From contig JBNRSN020000167.1 of NCBI GenBank assembly GCA_051313645.2, positions 124,001 to 188,000 on the forward strand: a stretch of DNA of 64,000 bases, written 5' to 3'. The notes beneath the pieces are model-generated. The model searched no databases. It was not told the origin of the DNA and worked only from the letters and a program-made list of their open reading frames with translations. The first letter of the stretch is position 1, and every line of letters starts with the position of its first letter. Shown in pieces: positions 47,101-62,100 of the stretch. Made by a program: the position numbers and the translations under genes. This DNA is from Centroscyllium fabricii (taxonomy: Eukaryota).

Positions 47101-50100
47101 GCCTCCCAGCAACGCAGTCTCCCAGCAGCATTGTCTCCCAGTAATGCAGTCTCCCAGTAACGCAGACTCCCAGTAATGCATTCCCCCAGTAACACAGTCT
47201 CCCAGTAATGCAGTCTCCCAGCAACATCGTCTCACCAGCAAAGCAGTATCCCAGTAATGCAGTCTCCCAGTAACGCTGTCTCCCAGCAATGCAGTCTCCC
47301 AGCAAGGCAGTCTCCCAGCAAGGCAGTCTCCCAGAAAGGCAGTCTCCCAGGAATGCAGTCTCCCAGGAATGCAGTCCCCCAGGAATGCAGTCTCCCAGTA
47401 ATGCAGTCTCCCAGTAATGCAGTCTCCCAGTAATGCAGTCTCCCAGTAATGCAGTCTCCCAGTAATGCAGTCTCCCTGTAATGCAGTCCCCCGTAACGCA
47501 GTCCCTGAGCAACGCAGTCCCCCAGCAACGCAGTCTCCCAGCAACGCAGTCTCCCAGCAACATCGTCTCCCATTAAAGCATTCTCCCAGTAATGCATTCT
47601 CCCAGTAACGCACTCTCCCAGTAACGCAGTCTCCCAGCAACATCGTCTCCCAGCAAAGTAGTCTCCCAGCAATTCAGTCTCCCAGTAATGAAGTCTCCCA
47701 GCAACATCATCTCCCAGTAATGCAGTCTCCCAGTAACGCAGTCTCCCAGCAATGCAGTCTCCCAGTAACACAGTTAACCAATAATGCCGTTTCCCAGCAA
47801 CGCAGACTCCCAGTAACACAGTCTCCCAGTAACACTGTCTTCCAGCAACACAGTCTCCATGTAACACAGTCGCCCAGTTACGCAGTCTCCCAGTAACGCA
47901 GTCCCCCAGTAACGCAGTCTCCCAGTAACACAGTCTCCCAATAACACAGTCTCCCAATAACACACTCTACCAGTAACGCAGTCCAGCCGTAATGCCGTCT
48001 CCCAGCAATGCAGTCCCCCAGTAACGCAGTCGCCCAGCAACAACTTCTACCAGTAACGCAGTCTACCAGTGACATTATCTCCCAGTAACGCAGTCTCCCA
48101 GTAATGCAGTCTCCCAGTAACGAAGTCTCCCAGTAACACAGTCTCCTAGTAACGCAGTCTCCCAGTAACGCAGCCTCCCAGTAACATCATCTCACAGTGA
48201 CGCAGTCTCCCAGCAATGTAGTTGCCAAGTAACGCAGTCTCCCAGTAATGCAGTCTACCAGTAATGCAGTTTGCCAGCAATGCAGACTCTCAGCAATGCA
48301 GTCTCCCAGCAACGCAGTCTCCCAGCAACGCAGTCTCCCTGCAACGCAGTCTCCCAGTAATTCAGTCCCCCAGCAATGCAGTCTCGCAGTAATGCAGTCT
48401 CCCAGTAACGCTGTCTCCCAGTAACACTGTCTCCCATTAACGCAGTCTCCTAGTCACGCAGTCTCCCAGTAACGCAGTCTCCCAGCAACGCAGACTCCCA
48501 GTAGTGCAGTCTCCCAGTAACGCAATCTCCCAGTAACACAGTCTCCCAGTAACGCAGTCTCCCAGTAATGGAGTTTCCCAGCAATGCCGTCTCCCAGCAA
48601 TGCCGTCTCCCAGCAACGCAGTCTCCCAGCAAGGCAATCTCACAGCAAAGCAGTCTCCCAGTAACGCAGTCTCCCAGTAACGCAGTCTCCCAGCTACATT
48701 TTCTACCAGTAACGCAGTCTCCAAGCAATGCAGTTGCCCAGTAACGCAGCCTACCAGTAATGCAGTCTGCCAGTAGCGCAATGTCGCAGTAACACTGTCT
48801 CCCAGTAACGTAGTCTCCCATTAATGCAGTCTCGCTGTAACTCAGTCTCCCTGTAATGCAGTCTCCCAGTAATGCAGTCTCCCAGTCTCTCAGTAACATA
48901 GTCTCCCAGCGACGCAGTCTCCCAGCAACGCAGTGTCCCAGCAATGCAGTCTCCCAGCAACACAGTCTCCCAGCAACACAGTCTCCCAGCAACACAGTCT
49001 CCCAGTAATGCAGTCTGCCAGTAATGTAGTCTCCCAGTAACGCAGTCTCCAGTAACGCAGTCTCCAGTAAAGCAATCTCCCAGTAATGCAGTACCCCAGT
49101 AACGCAGTCTCCCAGTAACGCAGTCTCCCAGTAACGCAGTCTCCCAGCAACATTGTCTCCCAGTAACACAGTCTCCCAGCAACCGTCACCCAGCAAAGCA
49201 GCCTCCCAGCAACGCAGTCTCCCAGCAGCATTGTCTCCCAGTAATGCAGTCTCCCAGTAACGCAGACTCCCAGTAATGCATTCCCCCAGTAACACAGTCT
49301 CCCAGTAACGCAGTCTCCCAGCAACATCGTCTCACCAGCAAAGCAGTATCCCAGTAATGCAGTCTCCCAGTAACGCTGTCTCCCAGCAACGCAGTCTCCC
49401 AGCAATGCAGTCTCCCAGCAATGCAGTCTCCCAGCAACGCAGTCTCCCAGCAACGCAGTCTCCCAGCAAAGCAGTCTCCCAGCAACGCAGTCTCCCAGCA
49501 ACGCAGTCTCCCAGCAACGCAGTCTCCCAGTAACGCAGTCTCCCAGTAACGCAGTCTACCAGTAATGTAGTCTCCCAGCAACGCAGTCTCCCAGTAATGC
49601 AGTCCCCCCGCGAAACAGTCTCCTAGATACACAATCTCCCAGTAATACAGTCTCCCAGCAACGCAGTCTCCCAGTAACGCAGTCTCCCAGTAACGCAGTC
49701 TCCCAGTAACGCAGTCTCCCAGTAACATCGTCTCCCAGTAACGCAGTCTCCCAGCAATGCAGTTGCCAAGTAATGCAGTCCCCAGTAATGTAGTCTACCA
49801 GCAATGCAGTCTACCAGCAATGCAGTCTACCAGCAATGCAGTCTACCAGCATTGCAGTCTTCCAGCAATGCAGTCTCCCAGCAATGCAGTCTCCCAGCAA
49901 TGCAGTCTCCCAGCAATGCAGTCTCCCAGCAATGCAGTCTCCCAGTAATGCAGTCTCCCAGTAATGCAGTCTCCCAGTAATGCAGTGTCCCAGTAACGCA
50001 GTCTCCCAGTAACGCAGTCTCCCAGTAACGCAGTCTCCCAGTAACGCAGTCTCCCAGTAACGCAGTCTCCCAGTAACGCAGTCTCCCAGTAACGCAGTCT

Positions 50101-53100
50101 CCCAGTAACGCAGTCTCCCAGTAACGCAGTCTCCCAGTAACGCAGTCTCCCAGTAACACAGTCTCCCAGTAACGCAGCCTCCCAGTAACATCGTCTCACA
50201 GTGACGCAGTCTCCCAGCAATGTAGTTGCCAAGTAACGCAGTCTCCCAGTAATGCAGTCTACCAGTAATGCAGTTTGCCAGCAATGCAGACTCTCAGCAA
50301 TGCAGTCTCCCAGCAACGCAGTCTCCCAGCAACGCAGTCTCCCAGCAACGCAGTCTCCCAGTAATTCAGTCCCCCAGCAATGCAGTCTCACAGTAATGCA
50401 GTCTCACAGTAATGCAGTCTCCCAGTAACGCTGTCTCCCAGTAACACTGTCTCCCATTAACGCAGTCTCCTAGTAAAGCAGTCTCCCAGTAACGCAGTCT
50501 CCCAGCAACGCAGACTCCCAGTAATGCAGTCTCCCAGTAATGCAATCTCCCAGTAACACAGTCTCCCAGTAACGCAGTCTCCCAGTAATGGAGTTTCCCA
50601 GCAATGCCATCTCCCAGCAATGCCGTCTCCCAGCAGCGCAGTCTCACAGCAAGGCAATCTCACAGCAAAGCAGTCTCCCAGTAACGCAGTCTCCCAGTAA
50701 CGCAGTCTCCCAGCTACATTTTCTACCAGTAACGCAGTCTCCAAGCAATGCAGTTGCCCAGTAACGCAGTCTCCCAGTAACGCAGCCTACCAGTAATGCA
50801 GTCTGCCAGTAGCGCAATGTCGCAGTAACACTGTCTCCCAGTAACGTAGTCTCCCATTAATGCAGTCTCGCTGTAACTCAGTCTCCCTGTAATGCAGTCT
50901 CCCAGTAATGCAGTCTCCCAGTCTCTCAGTAACATAGTCTCCCAGCGACGCAGTCTCACAGCAACGCAGTCTCCCAGCAATGCAGTCTCCCAGCAACACA
51001 GTCTTCCAGCAACACAGTCTCCCAGTAATGCAGTCTGCCAGTAATGTAGTCTCCCAGTAACACAGTCTCCAGTAACGCAGTCTCCAGTAACGCAATCTCC
51101 CAGTAATGCATTACCCCAGTAACGCAGTCTCCCAGTAACGCAGTCTCCCAGTAACGCAGTCTCCCAGCAACATTGTCTCCCGGTAACAGTCTCCCAGCAA
51201 CCGTCACCCAGCAAAGCAGCCTCCCAGCAATGCAGTCTCCCAGCAGCATTGTCTCCCAGTAATGCAGTCTCCCAGTAACGCAGACTCCCAGTAATGCATT
51301 CCCCCAGTAACACAGTCTCCCAGTAACGCAGTCTCCCAGCAACATCGTCTCCCAGCAAAGCAGTATCCCAGTAATGCAGTCTCCCAGTAACGCTGTCTCC
51401 CAGCAACGCAGTCTCCCAGCAATGCAGTCTCCCAGCAACGCAGTCTCCCAGCAACGCAGTCTCCCAGCAACGCAGTCTCCCAGCAACGCAGTCTCCCAGC
51501 AACGCAGTCTCCCAGCAATGCAGTCTCCCAGCAAAGCAGTCTCCCAGCAACGCAGTCTCCCAGTAACGCAGTTTCCCAGTAACGCAGTCTCCCAGTAACG
51601 CAGTCTCCCAGTAACGCAGTCTACCAGTAATGCAGTCTCCCAGCAATGCAGTCTCCCAGTAACGCAGTCCCCCCACGAAACAGTCTCCTAGATACACAGT
51701 CTCCCAGTAATACAGTCTCCCAGCAATGCAGTCTCCCAGTAACGCAGTCTCCCAGTAACGCAGTCTCCCAGTAACGCAGTCTCCCAGTAACATCGTCTCC
51801 CAGTAACGCAGTCTCCCAGCAATGCAGTTGCCAAGTAACGCAGTCCCCCAGCAATGCAGTCTACCAGCAATGCAGTCTACCAGCAATGCAGTCTACCAGC
51901 AACGCAGTCTCCTAGCAATGCAGTCTCCCAGCAATGCAGTCTCCCAGCAATGCAGTCTCCCAGCAATGCAGTCTCCCAGCAATGCAGTCTCCCAGCAATG
52001 CAGTCTCCCAGTAATGCAGTCTCCCAGTAATGCCGTCTCCCAGTAATGCAGTCTCCCAGTAATGCAGTCTCCCAGTAATGCAGTCTCCCAGTAATGCAGT
52101 CTCCCAGTAATGCAGTCTCCCAGTAATGCAGTCTCCCAGTAATGCAGTCTCCCAGTAATGCAGTCTTCCATTAATGCAGTCTCCCAGTAATGCAGTCTCC
52201 CAGTAATGCAGTCTCCCAGTAATGCAGTCTCCCAGTAATGGAGTCTCCCAGTAATGCCGTCTCCCAGTAATGCCGTCTCCCAGTAATGCCGTCTCCCAGT
52301 AATGCCGTCTCCCAGTAATGCCGTCTCCCAGTAATGCAGTCTCCCAGTAATGCCGTCTCCCAGTAATGCCGTCTCCCAGTAATGCCGTCTCCCAGTAATG
52401 CCGTCTCCCAGTAATGCCGTCTCCCAGTAATGCCGTCTCCCAGTAATGCCGTCTCCCAGTAATGCCGTCTCCCAGTAATGCCGTCTCCCAGTATTGCCGT
52501 CTGCCAGTAATGCCGACTGCCAGTAATGCCGTCTGCCAGTAATGCCGTCTGCCAGCAACGCCGTCTCCCAGCAACGCAGTCTCCCAGCAACGCAGTCTCC
52601 CAGCAACGCAGTCTCCCAGCAACGCAGTCTCCCAGCAACGCAGTCTCCCAGCAACGCAGTCTCCCAGCAACGCAGTCTCCCAGCAACGCAGTCTCCCATT
52701 AATGCAGTCTCCCAGTAACGCAGTCTACCAGTAATGCAGTCTCCCAGCAACGCAGTCTCCCAGTAACGCAGTCCCCCCGCAAAACAGTCTCCTAGATACA
52801 CAGTCTCCCAGTAATGCAGTCTCCCAGCAACGCAGTCTCCCAGTAACACACTCTCCCAGTAACGCAGTCTCCCAGTAACATCGTCTTCCAGTAACGCAGT
52901 CTCCCAGCAATGCAGTTGCCAAGTAACGCAGTCCCCCAGCAATGCAGTCTACCAGCAATGCAGTCTACCAGCAATGCAGTCTTCCAGCAACGCAGTATCC
53001 CAGCAACGCAGTATCCCAGCAACGCAGTCGCCCAGCAACGCAGTCTCCCAGCAACGCCATCTCCCAGCAACGCCATCTCCCAGTAACGCAGTCTCCCAGT

Positions 53101-56100
53101 AACATCGTCTCCCAGTAACGCGGTCGCCAAGTAACGCGGTCCCCCAGTAATGCAGTCTCCCAGCAATGCAGTCTCCCAGTAACATTGTCTCCCAGTAATG
53201 CAGTCACCCAGCAATCCAGTTGCCAAGTAACGCGGTCCCCCAGTAATGCAGTCTCCCAGCAATGCAGTCTCCCAGCAACGCAGTCTCCCAGCAACGCATT
53301 CTCCCAGCAACGCAGTCTCCCAGTAATGCAGTCTCCCAGCAATGCCGTCTCCCAGCAATGCCGTCTCCCAGCAATGCCGTCTCCCAGCAATGCCGTCTCC
53401 CAGCAACGCATTCTCCCAGCAACGCAGTCTCCCAGTAATGCAGTCTGCCAGTAATGCAGTCTCCCAGTAACGCAGTCTCCAGTAACGCAGTCTCCCAGTA
53501 ATGCAGTCTCCCAGTAATGCAGTCTCCCAGTAATGCAGTCTCCCAGTAATGCAGTCTCCCAGTTAAGCAGTCTCCCAGTAACGCAGTCTGCCAGGAACAT
53601 TGTCTCCCAGTAACACAGTCTCCCAGCAACCGTCACCCAGCAAAGCAGCCTCCCAGCAATTCAGTCTCCCAAGCAACATCTCCCAGTAACGCAGTCTCCC
53701 AGCAAGGCAGTCTCCCAGCAGCATTGTCTCCCAGTAACGCAGTCTCCCAGTAACGCAGACTCCCAGTAATGCATTCCCCCAGTAACACAGTCTCCCAGTA
53801 ACGCAGTCTCCCAGCAACAACGTCTCCCAGCAAAGCAGTCTCCCAGCAATTCAGTCGCCCAGTAATGAAGTCTCCCAGCAACATTGTCTCCCAGTAATGC
53901 TGTCTCCCAGTAATGCAGTCTCCCAGTAACGCAGTCTCCCATCAATGCAGTCTCCCAGTAACACAGTTACCCAATAAATGCCTTCTCCCAGCAATACAAT
54001 ATCCCAGTAATACAGTCTCCCAGTAACACTGTCTCCCAGCAACATCTTCTCAGAGTAACGCAGTCTCCCAGCAACACAGTCTCCCAGTAATGCAGTCTCC
54101 CAGTAACGCAGTCTCCCAGTAACGCAGTCTACCAGTAATGCAGTCTACCAGTAACGCAGTCTCCCAGTAAAGCAGTCTCCCAGTAATGCAGTCTCCCAGT
54201 AATGCAGTCTCCCAGTAATGCAGTCTCCCAGTAATGCAGTCTCCCAGTAATGCAGTCTCCCAGTAATGCAGTCTCCCAGTAACGCAGTCTCCCAGTAATG
54301 CAGTCTCCCAGTAACACCGTCTCCCAGTAACGCCGTCTCCCAGTAACGCCGTCTCCCAGTAACGCCATCGCCCAGTAACGCCGTCTCCCAGTAACGCCGT
54401 CTCCCAGTAACGCCGTCTCGCAGTATTGCCGTCTCCCAGTAATGCCATCTCCCAGTAATGCCGTCTCCCAGTAATGCCCCAGTAATGCAGTCTCCCAGTA
54501 ATGCAGTCTCCCAGTAATGCAGTCTCCCAGTAATGCAGTCTCCGAGCAACGCAGTATCCCAGCAATGCAGTATCCCAGCAACGCAGTCTCCCAGCAACGC
54601 AGTCTCCCAGCAACGCCATCTCCCAGTAACGCAGTCTCCCAGTAACGCAGTCTCCCAGTAACATCGTCTCCCAGTAACGCGGTCGCCAAGTAACGCGGTC
54701 CCCCAGTAATGCTGTCTCCCAGCAATGCAGTCTCCCAGTGACATTGTCTCCCAGTAACGCAGTCTCCCAGCAATCCAGTTGCCAAGTAACGCGGTCCCCC
54801 AGTAATGCAGTCTCCCAGCAATGCAGTCTCCTAGCAACGCAGTCTCCCAGCAACGCATTCTCCCAGCAACGCAGTCTCCCAGTAATGCAGTCTGCCAGTA
54901 ATGCAGTCTCCCAGTAACGCAGTCGCCAGTAACGCAGTCTCCCAGTAATGCAGTCTCCCAGTAATGCAGTCTCCCAGTAATGCAGTCTCCCAGTAATGCA
55001 GTCTCCCAGTAATGCAGTCTCCCAGTAATGCAGTCTCCCAGTAATGCAGTCTCCCAGTAATGCAGTCTCCCAGCAATGCCGTCTCCCAGCAATGCCGTCT
55101 CCCAGCAATGCCGTCTCCCAGCAATGCCGTCTCCCAGCAATGCCGTCTTCCAGCAATGCCGTCTTCCAGCAATGCCGTCTCCCAGCAATTCCGTCTCCCA
55201 GCAATGCCGTCTCCCAGTATTGCCGTCTCCCAGTAATGCCGTGGGCCAGTAATGCAGTCTCCCAGTAATGCAGTCTCCCAGTAATGCAGTCTCCCAGTAA
55301 TGCAGTCTCCCAGTAATGCAGTCTCCCAGTAATGCAGTCTCCCAGGAATGCAGTATCCCAGCAATGCAGTCACCCAGCAATGCCGTCTCCCAGCAATGCC
55401 GTCTCCCAGCAATGCCGTCTCCCAGCAACGCCGTCTCCCAGCAAAGCAGTCTCCCAGCAAGGCAGTCTCCCAGCAAGGCAGTCTCCCAGCAAGGAAGTCT
55501 CCCCGCAAGGCAGTCTCCCAGCAAGCCAGTCTCCCAGAAATGCAGTCTCCCAGTAATGCAGTCTCCCAGTAATGCAGTCTCCCAGTAATGCAGTCTCCCA
55601 GTAATGCAGTCTCCGAGCAACGCAGTATCCCAGCAACGCAGTATCCCAGTAACGCAGTCTCCCAGTAACGCAGTCTCCCAGCAACATTGTCTCCAAGTAA
55701 CGCAGTCTCCCAGAAACGCAGTCTGCCAGTAACGCAGTCTCCCAGTAACATCGTCTCCCAGTAACGCGGTCGACAAGTAACGCGGTCCCCCAGTAATGCA
55801 GTCTCCCAGCAATGCAGTCTCCCAGTAACGCAGTCTCCCAGCAACATTGTCTCCAAGTAACGCAGTCTCCCAGTAACGCAGTCTGCCAGTAACGCAGTCT
55901 CCCAGTAACATTGTCTCCCAGTAACGCAGTCTCCCAGCAATCCAGTTGCCAAGTAACGCGGTCCCCCAGTAATGCAGTCTCCCAGCAATGCAGTCTCCCA
56001 GCAACGCAGTCTCCCAGCAACGCATTCTCCCAGCAACGCAGTCTCCCAGTAATGCAGTCTGCCAGTAATGCAGTCTCCCAGTAACGCAGTCTCCAGTAAC

Positions 56101-59100
56101 GCAGTCTCCCATTAATGCAGTCTCCCAGTAATGCAGTCTCCCGGTAATGCAGTCTCCCAGTAATGCATTCTCCCAGTAACGCAGTCTCCCAGTAACGCAG
56201 TCTCCCAGTCACGCAGACTACCAGTAACGCAGTCTCCCAGCAACACAGTCTCCTAGTTACGCAGTCTCCCAGTAACGCAGTCTCCCAGCAACGCAGTCTC
56301 CCAGCAACATGGTCTCCCAGCAAAGCAGTCTCCCAGCAATTCAGTCTCCCAGTAATGAAATCTCCCAGCAACATTGTCTCCCAGTAATGCTGTCTCCTAG
56401 TAACGCAGTCTCCCAGTAACGCAGTCTCCCAGCAATGCAGTCTCCCAGTAACACAGTTACCCAATAAATGCCGTCTCCCAGCAATGCAATATCCCAGTAA
56501 TACAGTCTCCCAGTAACACTGTCTCCCAGCAACATCCGCTCAGAGTAACGCAGTCTCCCAGTAACGCAGTCTCCCAGCAACGCAGCCTCCCAGTAAAGCA
56601 GTCTCCCAGTAACGCAGTCTCCCAGTAACGCAGTCCACCAGTAACACAGTCTACCAGTAATGCAGTCTCCCAGCAAAGCAGTCTGCCAGTAACGCAGTCC
56701 CCCCGCAACACAGTCTCCTAGTTACGCAGTCTCCCAGTAAGGCAGTCTCCCAGCAACGCAGTCTCCCAGCAACGCAGTCTCCAAGTAACGCAGTTCCCAG
56801 TAACGCAGTCTCCCAGTAACGCAGTCTCCCAGTAAAATCGTCTCCTAGTAACGCAGTCTCCCAGCAATGCAGTTGCCAAGTAACGCAGTCTACCAGCAAT
56901 GCAGTCTACCAACAATGCAGTCTCCCAGAAATGCAGTCTCCCAGGAATGCAGTCTCCCAGTAATGCAGTCTCCCAGTAATGCAGTCTCCCAGTAATGCAG
57001 TCTGCCAGTAATGCAGTCTCCCAGTAACGCAGTCTCCAGTAACGCAGTCTCCCAGTAACGCAGTCTCCCAGTAATGCAGTCTCCCAGTAATGCAGTCTCC
57101 CAGTAATGCAGTCTCCCAGTAATGCAGTCTCCCAGCAATGCAGTCTCCCAGCAATGCCGTCTCCCAGCAATGCCGTCTCCCAGCAATGCCGTCTCCCAGC
57201 AATGCCGTCTCCCAGCAATGCCGTCTCCCAGCAATGCCGTCTCCCAGCAATGCCGTCTTCCAGCAATGCCGTCTCCCAGCAATTCCGTCTCCCAGCAATG
57301 CCGTCTCCCAGTATTGCCGTCTCCCAGTAATGCCGTGGGCCAGTAATGCAGTCTCCCAGTAATGCAGTCTCCCAGTAATGCAGTCTCCCAGTAATGCAGT
57401 CTCCCAGTAATGCAGTCTCCCAGTAATGCAGTCTCCCAGTAATGCAGTCTCCCAGGAATGCAGTCACCCAGCAATGCAGTCACCCAGCAATGCCGTCTCC
57501 CAGCAATGCCGTCTCCCAGCAATGCCGTCACCCAGCAATGCCGTCTCCCAGCAAAGCAGTCTCCCAGCAAGGCAGTCTCCCAGCAAGGCAGTCTCCCAGC
57601 AAGGAGGTCTCCCCACAAGGCAGTCTCCCAGCAAGCCAGTCTCCCAGAAATGCAGTCTCCCAGTAATGCAGTCTCCCAGTAATGCAGTCTCCCAGTAATG
57701 CAGTCTCCTAGTAATGCAGTCTCCCAGTAATGCAGTCTCCGAGCAACACAGTATCCCAGCAACGCAGTATCCCAGCAACGCAGTCTCCCAGCAACGCAGT
57801 CTCCCAGCAACGCCATCTCCCAGTAACGCAGTCTCCCAGTAACGCAGTCTCCCAGTAACGCAGTCTCCCAGTAACGCAGTCTCCCAGTAACGCAGTCTCC
57901 CAGTAACATCGTCTCCCAGTAACGCGGTCGACAAGTAACGCGGTCCCCCAGTAATGCAGTCTCCCAGCAATGCAGTCTCCCAGTAACGCAGTCTCCCAGC
58001 AACATTGTCTCCAAGTAACGCAGTCTCCCAGTAACGCAGTCTGCCAGTAACGCAGTCTCCCAGTAACATTGTCTCCCAGTAACGCAGTCTCCCAGCAATC
58101 CAGTTGCCAAGTAACGCGGTCCCCCAGTAATGCAGTCTCCCAGCAATGCAGTCTCCCAGCAACGCAGTCTCCCAGCAACGCATTCTCCCAGCAACGCAGT
58201 CTCCCAGTAATGCAGTCTGCCAGTAATGCAGTCTCCCAGTAACGCAGTCTCCAGTAACGCAGTCTCCCATTAATGCAGTCTCCCAGTAATGCAGTCTCCC
58301 AGTAATGCATTCTCCCAGTAACGCAGTCTCCCAGTAACGCAGTCTCCCAGTCACCCAGACTACCAGTAACGCAGTCTCCCAGCAACACAGTCTCCTAGTT
58401 ACGCAGTCTCCCAGCAACGCAGTCTCCCAGCAACGCAGTCTCCCAGCAACATGGTCTCCCAGCAAAGCAGTCTCCCAGCAATTCAGTCTCCCAGTAATGA
58501 AATCTCCCAGCAACATTGTCTCCCAGTAATGCTGTCTCCTAGTAACGCAGTCTCCCAGTAACGCAGTCTCCCAGCAATGCAGTCTCCCAGTAACACAGTT
58601 ACCCAATAAATGCCGTCTCCCAGCAATGCAATATCCCAGTAATACAGTCTCCCAGTAACACTGTCTCCCAGCAACATCCGCTCAGAGTAACGCAGTCTCC
58701 CAGTAACGCAGTCTCCCAGCAACGCAGCCTCCCAGTAAAGCAGTCTCCCAGTAACGCAGTCTCCCAGTAACGCAGTCCACCAGTAACACAGTCTACCAGT
58801 AATGCAGTCTCCCAGCAAAGCAGTCTGCCAGTAATGCAGTCCCCCGCAACACAGTCTCCTAGTTACGCAGTCTCCCAGTAAGGCAGTCTCCCAGCAACGC
58901 AGTCTCCCAGCAACGCAGTCTCCAAGTAACGCAGTTCCCAGTAACGCAGTCTCCCAGTAACGCAGTCTCCCAGTAACATCGTCTCCCAGTAACGCAGTCT
59001 CCCAGCAATGCAGTTGCCAAGTAACGCAGTCTAACAGCAATGCAGTCTACCAGCAATGCAGTCTCCCAGAAATGCAGTCTCCCAGTAATGCAGTCTCCCA

Positions 59101-62100
59101 GTAATGCAGTCTCCCAGTAATGCAGTCTCCCAGTAATGCAGTCTCCCAGTAATGCAGTCTCCCAGTAATGCAGTCTCCCAGTAATGCAGTCTCCGAGCAA
59201 AGCAGTATCCCAGCAAAGCAGTATCCCAGCAACGCAGTATCCCAGCAACGCAGTCTCCCAGCAACGCAGTCTCCCAGCAACGCCGTCTCCCAGCAACGCA
59301 GTCTCCCAGTAACGCAGTCTCCCAGTAACATCGTCTCCCAGTAACGCGGTCGCCAAGTAACGCGGTCCCCCAGTAATGCAGTCTCCCAGCAATGCAGTCT
59401 CCCAGTAACGCAGTCTCCCAGCAACATTGTCTCTAAGTAACGCAGTCTCCCAGTAACGCAGTCTGCCAGTAACGCAGTCTCCCAGTAACATTGTCTCCCA
59501 GTAACGCAGTCTCCCAGCAATCCAGTTGCCAAGTAACGCGGTCCCCCAGTAATGCAGTCTCCCAGCAATGCAGTCTCCCAGCAACGCAGTCTCCCAGCAA
59601 CGCATTCTCCCAGCAATGCAGTCTCCCAGTAATGCAGTCTGCCAGTAATGCAGTCTCCCAGTAACGCAGTCTCCAGTAACGCAGTCTCCCAGTAATGCAG
59701 TCTCCCAGTAATGCAGTCTCCCAGTAATGCAGTCTCCCAGTAATGCAGTCTCCCAGTAATGCTGTCTCCCAGTAATGCAGTCTCCCAGTAATGCAGTCTC
59801 CCAGCAATGCCGTCTCCCAGCAATGCCGTCTCCCAGCAATGCCGTCTCCCAGCAATGCCGTCTCCCAGCAATGCCGTCTCCCAGCAATGCCGTCTCCCAG
59901 CAATGCCGTCTTTCAGCAATGCCGTCTCCCAGCAATTCCATCTCCCAGCAATGCCGTCTCCCAGTATTGCCGTCTCCCAGTAATGCCGTGGGCCAGTAAT
60001 GCAGTCTCCCAGTAATGCAGTCTCCCAGTAATGCAGTCTCCCAGTAATGCAGTCTCCCAGTAATGCAGTCTCCCAGTAATGCAGTCTCCCAGTAATGCAG
60101 TCTCCCAGGAATGCAGTCTCCCAGCAATGCAGTCACCCAGCAATGCCGTCTCCCAGCAATGCCATCTCCCAGCAATGCCGTCTCCCAGCAACGCCGTTTC
60201 CCAGCAAAGCAGTCTCCCAGCAAGGCAGTCTCCCAGCAAGGCAGTCTCCCAGCAAGGAAGTCTCCCCGCAAGGCAGTCTCCCAGCAAGCCAGTCTCCCAG
60301 AAATGCAGTCTCCCAGTAATGCAGTCTCCCAGTAATGCAGTCTCCCAGTAATGCTGTCTCCCAGTAATGCAGTCTCCCAGTAATGCAGTCTCCCAGTAAT
60401 GCAGTCTCCGAGCAACGCAGTATCCCAGCAACGCAGTATCCCAGTAACGCAGTCTCCCAGTAACGCAGTCTCCCAGCAACATTGTCTCCAAGTAACGCAG
60501 TCTCCCAGAAACGCAGTCTGCCAGTAACGCAGTCTCCCAGTAACATCGTCTCCCAGTAATGCGGTCGACAAGTAACGCGGTCCCCCAGTAATGCAGTCTC
60601 CCAGCAATGCAGTCTCCCAGTAACGCAGTCTCCCAGCAACATTGTCTCCAAGTAACGCAGTCTCCCAGTAACGCAGTCTGCCAGTAACGCAGTCTCCCAG
60701 TAACATTGTCTCCCAGTAACGCAGTCTCCCAGCAATCCAGTTGCCAAGTAACGCGGTCTCCCAGCAATGCAGTCTCCCAGCAATGCAGTCTCCCAGCAAC
60801 GCAGTCTCCCAGCAATGCATTCTCCCAGCAACGCAGTCTCCCAGTAATGCAGTCTGCCAGTAATGCAGTCTCCCAGTAACGCAGTCTCCAGTAACGCAGT
60901 CTCCCATTAATGCAGTCTCCCAGTAATGCAGTCTCCCAGTAACGCATTCTCCCAGTAACGCAGTCTCCCAGTAACGCAGTCTCCCAGTCACGCAGACTAC
61001 CAGTAACGCAGTCTCCCAGCAACACAGTCTCCTAGTTACACAGTCTCCCAGTAACGCAGTCTCCCAGCAACATGGTCTCCCAGCAAAGCAGTCTCCCAGC
61101 AATTCAGTCTCCCAGTAATGAAATCTCCCAGCAACATTGTCTCCCAGTAATGCTGTCTCCCAGTAACGCAGTCTCCCAGTAACGCAGTCTCCCAGCAATG
61201 CAGTCTCCCAGTAACACAGTTACCCAATAAATGCCGTCTCCCAGCAATGCAATATCCCAGTAATACAGTCTCCCAGTAACACTGTCTCCCAGCAACATCC
61301 GCTCAGAGTAACGCAGTCTCCCAGTAACGCAGTCTCCCAGCAACGCAGCCTCCCAGTAAAGCAGTCTCCCAGTAACGCAGTCTCCCAGTAACGCAGTCCA
61401 CCAGTAACACAGTCTACCAGTAATGCAGTCTCCCAGCAAAGCAGTCTGCCAGTAACGCAGTCCCCCCGCAACACAGTCTCCTAGTTACGCAGTCTCCCAG
61501 TAAGGCAGTCTCCCAGCAACGCAGTCTCCCAGCAACGCAGTCTCCAAGTAACGCAGTTCCCAGTAACGCAGTCTCCCAGTAACGCAGTCTCCCAGTAACA
61601 TCGTCTCCCAGCAATGCAGTTGCCAAGTAACGCAGACTACCAGCAATGCAGTCTCCCAGCAATGCAGTCTCCCAGAAATACAGTCTCCCAGGAATGCAGT
61701 CTCCCAGTAATGCAGTCTCCCAGTAATGCAGTCTCCCAGTAATGCAGTCTCCCAGTAATGCAGTCTCCCAGTAATGCAGTCTCCCAGTAACGCAGTCTTC
61801 CAGTAACGCAGTCTCCAGTAACGCAGTCTCCCAGTAATGCAGTCTCCCAGTAATGCAGTCTCCCAGTAATGCAGTCTCCCAGTAATGCAGTCTCCCAGTA
61901 ATGCAGTCTCCCAGTAATGCAGTCTCCCAGTAATGCAGTCTCCCAGCAATGCCGTCTCCCAGCAATGCCGTCTCCCAGCAATGCCGTCTCCCAGCAATGC
62001 CGTCTCCCAGCAATGCCGTCTTCCAGCAATGCCGTCTCCCAGCAATTCCGTCTCCCAGCAATGCCGTCTCCCAGTATTGCCGTCTCCCAGTAATGCCGTG